The translations under genes were made by a program, and so were the position numbers. From the NCBI GenBank assembly GCA_038220855.1, contig JBBRIO010000001.1:1-33402 (forward strand): 33,402 bases of DNA, read 5' to 3'. The notes beneath the pieces were generated by a model. That model had not been told where the DNA came from. It was given only the letters and a program-made list of their open reading frames with translations, and made no database searches. Shown here piece by piece: positions 1-7,662 of the stretch. The stretch's first letter is position 1. Every line of letters begins with the position of its first letter. Source of the stretch: Bryobacterales bacterium (GTDB taxonomy: Bacteria > Acidobacteriota > Terriglobia > Bryobacterales > Bryobacteraceae).

Positions 1-237
1 TTTGCGAACAATTTGCCGAAGCTGGATAGCGGGAAGGTGTTTGCGATGTGGCTTGTGCCGAAAAGCGGCGCGCCGCGTCCGGCGGGGACGTTTCGGGCGG
101 ATGAGGCGGGCGGCGCGGTGCATTTGAACGTGCAGGGATTCGACTTGGCGGGGATTGCGGCAGTGGCGCTGTCGGTAGAGCCAGAGGGTGGATCGCCGGC
201 TCCGACGACGACGCCGTTTTTGGTGACGGGCGTTTAG
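1..237 (+). CDS. Anti-sigma-K factor RskA-like protein, C-terminal fragment (5' end upstream of window)
   Basis: The frame is open from nt 1 (FANNLPKLDSGKVFAMWLVPKSGAPRPAGTF...ALSVEPEGGSPAPTTTPFLVTGV), with TAG at 235-237. The x-W-L-x(n)-P-x-x-A-G-x-F ... V-E-P-x-G-G-S-x-x-P-T pattern matches the extracytoplasmic RskA C-terminal domain as I recall it. Confidence 0.6.
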   Translation, partial: FANNLPKLDSGKVFAMWLVPKSGAPRPAGTFRADEAGGAVHLNVQGFDLAGIAAVALSVEPEGGSPAPTTTPFLVTGV

Positions 238-238
238 G

Positions 239-1405
239 TTAAGGCGGGACCTGCCAAGCGCCGTTGGCTTTCCAGGGGCTGGTGACGGCGGTGAGGGTTT
301 GGAGGGCCATCCAGACGACCTTGCTGCCGGCGAAGGCGGGCTTGAAGGTCAGGTTCAAGTTGAGCGTGAGGCGGGTGCCGGCGCGAGTGACGGTGGAGCC
401 GCTCGTGTTGAGTTGGCATTGGGAGTTCGAGATGGTGGCATTGCCGGAGAGGGGGATGAAGTTAATGGTGCCGGCGTCTCCGTTGTCGGGGAAGAGGCCG
501 ATGAGGTTGCCCGGCGCGAAATAGACGATGTAGCAAGCGTTGCGGCCGTCGAGGGCGGTGTTGACCAGGGCCCAGAGGGTTTGGAGATTGGCGTTGCTGG
601 TTTGGTCGTCGTAAGCCAACGTTATGATGCCGCCGGAGGAGTTTCCGGCGGGCGGGGTCATGGCCACGGGATTTGGAAACGTCGTGGCTCCGCCGGGGAT
701 TTGATGGAAGCCGCTGGAGGACCAGCCGGAGTTGAGGCCTTGGTCATCGCGGGCGGCGAGGTAGACTACTTTGCTGCCGGCGAAGCTGGCGCTGAAGGTG
801 ATGTTGAGGGTTAGGGTGAAGTTGTTTCCACTGCCGGCGGCGGAGGAGCCGATGCCATTGATGGTGCACTGCGAGTTGGAGACGGCGTTCGCGGTGCCGA
901 GGACGAGGGGGTTGGAGAGGCCGTCGTTAGGGCCGAGGTTGTTGACGAGGAAGAGAGCACCCGCGGGGACGGAGTAGGCGATGTAGCAGGCGTTGCCGAC
1001 GTCGAGAGCGTTGTTGATGAGGGCGTTGAGGACGCCGAGACGGCCGAAGCCGGTGGGGTTGGAGAACTGGAGGACGAAGGATTTGGTGAGCCCGGAGCCG
1101 TTGATGGGTATGGGCAGGGAAATGGACGGCGGCGCAACGGAGATGCCGATGCTGGCCGAGGAGGAGGCGGCGGCGAGATCGGCGGTGGGGTCGTCGCTGT
1201 CGGTAGTGGCCCAGTTGCTGAGGGTGGCACCCTCGGTAAGCGTAGGGCTGACGGCGGTGTTGACGATTACCGCCCTAGACTCGCCCGGGGGGATGTTGCC
1301 GAGAGGAATGGTGACTTGGCCGTTCGATTCCGTGCAAGGAACGGAGCAACTGCGGAAGAGAAGGCCGGTGGGGAGGTTGTTGCGGATCTGCGTATTGTTT
1401 GGAGG
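239..1405 (-). pseudogene. Fragment 4 of giant gene: DUF11-like repeat plus two tandem copies of an unassigned ~145-aa domain
   Basis: The real part of ORF 239-1762 begins at about residue 121 (NNTQIRNNLPTGLLFRSCSVPCTESNGQVTIPLGNIPPGESRAVIVNTAV). The first ~120 aa of that ORF are Pro/Ser-rich out-of-frame read-through. Confidence 0.7.
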
Positions 1406-3712
1406 CGACTTCCGTGTCATTGGCGACGGTGGCGGCGATGGCGATCGGCGCGTTGACGGCGAAGAGGGCGCGCGTGGTTTGAACCTTGGTAGAGGACGCG
1501 GCGGGTGCAGCGGATAGGACGGTGGAGAGTCGGAGATTGACCCGGCGTTGGGGGGTGGCTGGCTCCCGGAAGCGGGGGACGGGGGCGTTATTGCGGGCGA
1601 CGCTGACGGAGCTAAAGGGGCCCATGCCGCCACTGAGGGAGCCCAGCATGGCGTTGATCTGCGCTGGGGAAGCGTTTTGGAAGACGACTGGAAAGGTAAG
1701 GGTTTCAATGGCGACAGGGTCTGCCGAGAGGAGTTGCCAGACGGCGGTGACGGCACCGGCAACGGGGGTTAGTTCCTGATATTGGCGGCCGGCGAGGCCG
1801 GTGCCGATGAAGGGGAAGCCGCCGAGGCCAGTGGAATCGGCGGAGATGAGTTGGGCTTTGCCGGGACCTTCTATCGGGATAATGGGCGCGAACACTTTCA
1901 CCCCGCTGGGGACGTTGCGGAGGGAGAGGAGGATTCGCGTGTCTACGCGGAAGGCGGTGGCGAAGCCTTCCCGGTAGAGGACGGACACGGCGCTGGAGCC
2001 GGCCTGGGGGACGCCCGGTTGGACGGATAGGCCGGGGAGGACGAGGGCGGCGGTGAGGACCGGGTTGGCGATGGGGATTGGTATGTTGGCGTTGAAACGG
2101 AGCGAAGCGGTGAGGACGGTGGAGGCGAGGTTGGCGGTGGCGTTGACCAGGCTCGCGTCGGCGCGCAGGTTGGCGATGCGGAGGATGACGGCTCCGGCAG
2201 GGGGGCGGACGGCGGGCCAGCGGACACTGTTATAGCCGGAGATCTGAGCGGTGATGGCTGGGCCGCTGTTGATCGTTAGGCTGGGGAAGTCGGCGCCGTT
2301 CGTGACGTTTGAGTTCGGGGCTAGTTCGAGGTCGCCGAGGAGTTCGGTTCGGCCCTCAGCGGCGGCGAGGGACGGGGTAGAAGTGAAGGCGCAGGCGGCG
2401 GTGGCGGCGGACCCAACTTGGGTGACGACGAAGGGTTGGCCGGCGATGGAGAGCGAGGCGGAGCGGGCGGCGGCGGTGGGGTTGGCGGCGGCGGAGAGGG
2501 AGACGGTGCCCTTGCCGGAAGCGGCGGCACCGGAGGGAATGGTGATCCAGGGGACGGGGCTGGTGGCGGTCCAGGAGCAGCCCGCTGGGGAGGTGACTTC
2601 GACGGTGAAGGTGGACGAAGCGGAGGAGAGGGGTTGGGTGGATTGGGAGAGCGTAAAGGTGCAGGGTGCAGAGCCGGCCTGGGTGAAGGCGATGGTCTGG
2701 CCGTTGGCGGTGATGGTGGCGGAGCGGCCGGCGGGGGCGGGATTGGGGTCGGCCACGAAGGAGAGCGTGCTGTTGCCAGAGCCGGTGGGAGCGGAGGTGA
2801 TGCGGAGCCAGGGAGCGGAGGAGGAGGCGCTCCAGGCGCAGAGCGAGTTGGAGACACCGATAGCGACGGTTCCGGAAAGCCCGCTGGCGAGGGCGGCGGT
2901 GGCAGAGGCGGTGAGCCCGAACTGGCAGACGATTCCGGCTTGGGTTACGTTAAAGAGCTTGCTGCCGATGGTCAGAGAGGCGGAGAGGGCCTGGGTGGCG
3001 TTGTTCGCCGCTACGTTGAAATTGATGACGGTGGGTCCGGAGCCCGAGGTGGGGGAAGAGAAGGTGATGGCGGGGGTGGGGCTGGTGGCGGTCCACGCAC
3101 AGCCCGGAGTGGTGATGAGCGAGACAGAGCCGGAGGAAGCGGTGGCGGGCAGCGTGGCAGAGTCGGGGACGAGGTCGTAGCGACAGGTGCCGGAGGGGGC
3201 CACGTCAATATTGAGCGGCATAGAGGCGTAAAGGCCGAGTTTGTTGGCGGCCGGGGCGCTATAGGTTAGCCAGGTTTGATAGGTGTTGACGGACAGCACG
3301 GCGGAGGCGGGGTAAGTAGACCGGACTTGCGTGCTGCTGAGGCGTTCGACTGGTCCATCGAATTGGTGGAGACCGACCGAGAGGAGATTGAAGCGGTCCT
3401 GCACCTCGAAGTTTGTGCCGTTGAGCAGGAGCGAGCCGGCGGTGGCGGCGAGGAGGACGTTGGGCGTAGCGGAGAGGATGGTGCGGGGGGGGCGGGACGT
3501 CGAAGGTGAGGGGAGTGGAGGAGACCCCGCCGGGGTTCTTGACGGTGACGGAAACGGGGCCGGCTACCTGCGTGAGACCGGTGGGGATATAGGCCAAGAG
3601 GCGGGCGGTGTTCGGGGTGGGTGTCGGGAAGGGGACCGTCTCCAGGAGAAGACCGTTCCAGGTGGCTGTGGCGTTTGGTTGGATCTGGGTGCCTTCGATC
3701 CGGAGAAACCAG
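1405..3712 (-). pseudogene. Fragment 3 of giant gene: truncated IPT/TIG, second IPT-like segment, three two-Cys BACON-like modules and a long beta-rich region
   Basis: LRIEGTQIQPNATATWNG...VSVTVKNPGGVSSTPLTFDV in frame 3259-3843. It then shifts at the C8 tract into ORF 1275-3404 (TILSATPNVLLAATAGSLLLNGTNF; three repeats of C...C-x-W-x-A-x-S...W...G-x-G...R-x-A-x-I...G...V-x-Q). Confidence 0.7.
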
Positions 3713-4691
3713 CGGTACCCGTTCCGGCAATGGTTGTGATGATGCCGTCGGTGGAGACTTTGCGGATTCGCGAGGAGTCGTTTTCGGCGAGGTAGACGTT
3801 TCCGGCGGCATCTACCGCGACGTCCTCCGGGCCGAGCAGGCAAGCGGCGGAGGCGGCTCCGCCGTCGCCGAGCGCGGGGCTACCGCCGCCTCCGGCAAAG
3901 GTGGAAATGATTCCCGCCGGCGAGATGGAACGGATGCGATTGCTGTCGTATTCCGCGATTAGAATGGTGCCGTCGGGGCGGAGCGCGAGATTTTGTGGCC
4001 ATGCGAGAGTGGCGGCGCTGGCGGGACCGCCGTCGACGGTGAAAGTGCGGGCACCCGTGCCGGCGATCGTCGAGATGATTCCGGCGGGGGTGACCTTGCG
4101 GACACGGTGGTTGGCTCGATCAACGAAGAGAAGATTACCGGCGGAGTCGATCACCATCCCCCGGGGTTCGTTGAGGGCCGCGGCTGTTGCCAAGCCACCG
4201 TCGCCCGAAAATCCGGCTGCGCCAGTTTCGGCGACTAGTGTGTTCGCGTTCGTTACGGTGTTAATCCGGCGGATTCGATGGCCGTTGTACTCGGCGATGT
4301 AAACGTTGTTCGTGGCGTCCACCATTACGGCCCAGGGACCCCCGCCGGTGTAGAAGGTGGAGATGCTTCCCGTGGGGGAGACCACGCGCACGCGGTTATT
4401 TGAATAGTCGGCGATATAGGTGTTGCCAGCAGCGTCGACGGCGGCTCCGACCGGATAATTGAGGGCGGTGCTGGAGGCGGTGCCATCGTCGGCAATGGTG
4501 CTGATTTTCCCGAAGATGCCGGGGCGGGCGCGGTTGTAGGACGCGTTGATCTCGGTGGCCGTGCGGGCGCGGCTCGAGATGCGGAGTTCGTCGATGGCGG
4601 CATCAATCGGGTTCGCGAAATTGTCACTGCCGAGAACAAAGTTGGCGGCGGCAATGGCCGGGAGGGCGGACGAGAGCGTTGTCTGGTTGAC
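3700..4691 (-). pseudogene. Fragment 2 of giant gene: end of LamG domain plus NHL-repeat beta-propeller
   Basis: Same frame as fragment 1, continuing after the TAA: VNQTTLSSALPAIAAANFVLGSDNFANPIDAAIDELRISSRARTATEI. NHL blades follow (VDAAGNTYIADYSNNRVRVV, VIDSAGNLLFVDRANHRVRKV, ILIAEYDSNRIRSI, VYLAENDSSRIRKV). The upper 300 nt has no start codon and is absent from the ORF track. Confidence 0.75.
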
Positions 4692-5169
4692 TTATACGCC
4701 GTCGAGATAGATGCGGATCGCGGTGCCTTCGCACGTAAATGCGGCGTGGCGCCATTGGTTGGCCGGGAACGTATTGGCGTTTACGGCTACGCCCTGTTCG
4801 GCTACTGTGCGATTGAAGAGAGCCCGCCAGTTCGGGGAAGCGTCCTTACCAAAGAGCAGTCCGCCGGAGGTGCCCCAGCTCAAAGTTTGGTTTGATCCAG
4901 AATTCCAGAGTCCCGGCCGATGCGCTGATGTTGTTGGCGGCGGCGAAGGTGATCTGATTTCCGGCGGTGAGTTGGAGGGCTTGGCCGAAGACTCCAGGGA
5001 CGTAAGCCACACCCGTGGCATTGGCCGAGGCGGGGGTCTCGCCCTGCACGCCGAGTAGGTTGCCGTCAAAGCGAAGTAAGAGGGTGGTATCGGCGTCGCC
5101 AGGAAGAGTTTGCGCTCGCAGACCTAGCCCGAGTGCCAATATCGCGGCAAGAACGAAGCAATGGCGCAT
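4692..5169 (-). pseudogene. Fragment 1 of giant gene: signal peptide plus N-terminal two thirds of a LamG (concanavalin-like) domain
   Basis: ORFs 4846-5169 and 4692-5069 join across a frameshift near 4878-4900 (GTLEFWIKPN / SWGTSGGLLFGKDASPNW...WRHAAFTCEGTAIRIYLDGV). The fragment ends at an in-frame TAA. Confidence 0.7.
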
Positions 5170-5197
5170 AGCGCCATCATACAGATGTTTTCAAGAA

Positions 5198-7612
5198 TTA
5201 TTTGATGGCCAGGCTGACGGTCCGCGGGCCGCGGATGCCGCCGAGGTCGAGGACGACCGGGACGATGCCGGGGTCGAGGTCGAGCGGGACGCGGACGTTG
5301 AGCTGCGTCAGACCGCTGACGACTCCCGGCGTGCTCCCGGCGAAGAGCAGTTCGGCTTCTCGATCAGCGATGAACACCTTGGTGGCCAGAGCCGGGCGGG
5401 GCGGGTTGTTGCCGGTGACTTCGCCGTCGACCTGGGCGGGCGAAGTGCGGCCGGTGCCGTTCGCGTAAAGGACGACGATGGAGCCGCGGTCGGCGGGGTT
5501 GGAGCCGGTGTTAATGCTGCCGTCCTGATTGAGGAACGCACCGCCACCGAGCCCAGAGGAGTTGTAAGTGAAGAAGGCTGGAGAGGCCGCTTGGACGGTA
5601 AGATTTAACGAGTTAGTTGGGCGGCCGGCGACTTCGACGCGGAGGGTCGTCGATGGCTCGGCGACGCCGTAGGGGACGATACAGTTAATTTGATTCGCGG
5701 AAACGAAAGTAAGGGGGGCGGGGATGCCGTTGAAGAGCACGCGGGTATCGTTAAGTTGCGTCGCGACGCGGCCTTGGGCCGTGAGGGCGAGGCCGGCGGG
5801 TTCGGCGGGTCCGATGGCAAGGCCGTAGAGGGTGATGAATTGGCCTGGGGCGATGGGAACAGCAAGTTGGCTGGCGGCGTTGACGGTGCCGGCACCGCTG
5901 ATGAGATTGGGGACGGCGAAGCTGGCGGAGAGGAAGAGATTGCGGTCGACGGTGACGCGGGGGGCGGCATCGTCGGCCCAGCCGGTGAAGGCGAAGTTGC
6001 CGCGGGGCGAGGCGGTGCGGGTGAGTACGGAACCGCCTGGGACGAAGCCATCGGCGGGGATGGCGGGGTCAACGGTGAGGGTCCCGCCGTTGGAGGGCGA
6101 GGCCAGGAGGGTGACGCGATGTTGGGCTGAGAAGTCAGCGGTGAGGGTGGCGGGGCTGGCGGTAGCGGTGTAGGTTTGGGAAGCGGCGGCCCCAAAGGAC
6201 CAGGAGGCGAACTCGTAGCGGGAGTTGGAGTTGGGAGCGGTCTGGGAAGGGAGGGCGACACTGAGAGTGTGGGTGGAGCCGGAGGCCCAGTTGAAGCGTC
6301 GCGGCGTGGTTTGGGCGGTTCCGTCGATGACGACGCGGAGACCGGGCGGGTTGGAAGTTACGGTGGTGAGGACCGCGTTTGAGAAACCGGCGGTGTAACG
6401 GAGGTCGGTGCCTTCGATGGGGACACGGATGGGGTTGGCGCTGCCGTGTGAGGAGAAGTAGCCGAAGCCGGACCAGTTGGTGAACTCGAAGCCGGGGGCC
6501 GGGACGGCGCTGAGTTGGACGAGCGAGCCGGCAGGGACGCGGTCGTTTTCGGCGGGCGGGGTGAGGCGGATGGAGCCGGCGGTGGCGGGGCTGCTTAGGA
6601 AGGGAAAGGCAATCATACGCCGATATTGAACGGTATAAACGGTGGTGCTGGCGGCGGCGGTGATGGTTTGGATGCGGGGGCCGAAGTTGCTCCAGCGACC
6701 GTAGATGAACTGGGTGGCGTCGCGCGTTTGGTCGTCGGCGCGGAGGGTGTGGGTCGAGCCGCGGGCCCAGTCGAACGAAGCGGGGGTGGTGACTGAGCGG
6801 GCGTCGACGAAGAGGGTGAGGCCGGGCGGGTTGGACGTGATGGTGGTTCGGCGAGGGGCGGGGCCGTAGAGGCGGCTGATGGTATCGATATCGGAAGGGG
6901 CGAGGGCGGTACGTTGGCCTATGGTGATGCCACGGGGGACGGTCTGCATGGCGTAGTTGAGGGGGTAGGCGAAGCCGTCCTCGGAGTAGTGCATGATGGA
7001 ATCGAAGGGATAGGGACCAACGTCGTCACCGTCGGAGAGGGAGGGTTCGTACTGGCTTCGGTCGCCGCGGGCCATGGCGGAATAGTCGACGTCGACGAAC
7101 ATGTCGCGATCCTGTCGGGACTGCGTGTGCCAGAGGCCAAGGGCGTGGCCGATTTCGTGAATGACGGAGCCGACGAGGCAGGTATCGGGCAGGTTGATGA
7201 ACTGGCGTCCGCCGATGCGACCGACGTTGGAACTGCAGGCGAAGCCGTTGCGACGGCGGAATTGGATGTAGTCGGTTTCGGTCGTGCGGAGGACGAGGCG
7301 GACCGGCGTTGCGTCGTTCCAGGCGCGAATGGCGGGTTCGAGGCGGGTGGCGACTTCGGGGACGTCGCTATCGATGACGTAGGGGACGACGCCGTTGGGC
7401 CAGCGGTATCGTTGCCCGAGGACCACGCTGGAGGCGCGGTTGGCTGCTTTGGTTTCGACGTCGCTGACGGGCCCGAGAACGATGTCGCCGACCAGGGCTT
7501 CGCCGTCGATGACCTGGTAGCGAATGCGGCGTCCATTGACCTCGGTTTCGCGCCAGTCGGGGGACTGCGAATGCAGGGTGAAGGCGAACGCAAGGGCGAC
7601 TAGAGTTCTCAT
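5198..7612 (-). CDS. Secreted astacin-like (M12A) zinc metalloprotease with InlB-B-repeat-like middle domains and a TIGR03437-type C-terminal domain
   Basis: Signal peptide MRTLVALAFAFTLHSQS; zinc motif HEIGHALGLWHTQSRQDRD (HExxHxxGxxHxxxRxDRD); Met-turn SIMHY. Also repeated ...SNPPGL..VDG....P..F.W..GSTHTL... modules and a C-terminal ...LFNGIPAPLTFVSANQINCIVPYG... domain. Confidence 0.9.
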   Translation of the reverse strand: MRTLVALAFAFTLHSQSPDWRETEVNGRRIRYQVIDGEALVGDIVLGPVSDVETKAANRASSVVLGQRYRWPNGVVPYVIDSDVPEVATRLEPAIRAWNDATPVRLVLRTTETDYIQFRRRNGFACSSNVGRIGGRQFINLPDTCLVGSVIHEIGHALGLWHTQSRQDRDMFVDVDYSAMARGDRSQYEPSLSDGDDVGPYPFDSIMHYSEDGFAYPLNYAMQTVPRGITIGQRTALAPSDIDTISRLYGPAPRRTTITSNPPGLTLFVDARSVTTPASFDWARGSTHTLRADDQTRDATQFIYGRWSNFGPRIQTITAAASTTVYTVQYRRMIAFPFLSSPATAGSIRLTPPAENDRVPAGSLVQLSAVPAPGFEFTNWSGFGYFSSHGSANPIRVPIEGTDLRYTAGFSNAVLTTVTSNPPGLRVVIDGTAQTTPRRFNWASGSTHTLSVALPSQTAPNSNSRYEFASWSFGAAASQTYTATASPATLTADFSAQHRVTLLASPSNGGTLTVDPAIPADGFVPGGSVLTRTASPRGNFAFTGWADDAAPRVTVDRNLFLSASFAVPNLISGAGTVNAASQLAVPIAPGQFITLYGLAIGPAEPAGLALTAQGRVATQLNDTRVLFNGIPAPLTFVSANQINCIVPYGVAEPSTTLRVEVAGRPTNSLNLTVQAASPAFFTYNSSGLGGGAFLNQDGSINTGSNPADRGSIVVLYANGTGRTSPAQVDGEVTGNNPPRPALATKVFIADREAELLFAGSTPGVVSGLTQLNVRVPLDLDPGIVPVVLDLGGIRGPRTVSLAIK

Positions 7613-7662
7613 GGCAGCAGTCTTGAGATGCCCGGTGGGGCCATCGGGTTTCGCTACGCTTA

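Larger units (their letters stand above)
239..5169 (-). pseudogene. Giant secreted multidomain surface protein, disrupted by 4 frame breaks and 1 in-frame TAA. Domain order: signal peptide, LamG, NHL propeller, IPT/TIG, 3x BACON-like, DUF11-like, 2x unassigned domain.
   Basis: Stitching the minus-strand frames gives one continuous domain architecture. Lesions are at 4878-4900 (frameshift), 4692-4694 (TAA), 3700-3712 (out-of-frame deletion junction), 3485-3492 (C8 tract) and 1400-1410 (frameshift). ATG at 5169 with signal peptide MRHCFVLAAILALGLGLRAQ; TAA at 239-241. Confidence 0.75.

Noticed and set aside
1406-1762. N-terminal ~120 aa of ORF 239-1762 (MPVPSPPSGNSSRQTLSPLKPLP..., Pro/Ser-rich)
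   Set aside because: It overlaps the well-formed C-terminal part of ORF 1275-3404 in another frame. Recognisable sequence in this ORF starts only at about nt 1405, where the frameshift joins the two.
2418-3269. Long plus-strand ORF (283 aa), extremely Gly/Ala/Arg/Asp-rich. Similar ORFs are at 299-814, 993-1517, 2251-3180, 5690-6130, 6914-7603, 8335-8800, 9028-9693 and 11203-11844.
   Set aside because: They lie antisense or out of frame to strongly supported minus-strand genes. Low-complexity G/A/R/P/D composition is what non-coding frames of GC-rich DNA give, and none has a recognisable motif.
239-5169. The idea that the frame breaks and TAA codons reflect programmed recoding (frameshifting or read-through), or are all sequencing errors
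   Set aside because: I saw no slippery heptamer plus downstream structure at any site. One junction is a deletion that removes half a domain. TAA substitutions are not typical sequencing errors, and other long G/C runs in the window are in frame. Error at the C8 tract alone remains possible, so that site is kept as a separate finding.
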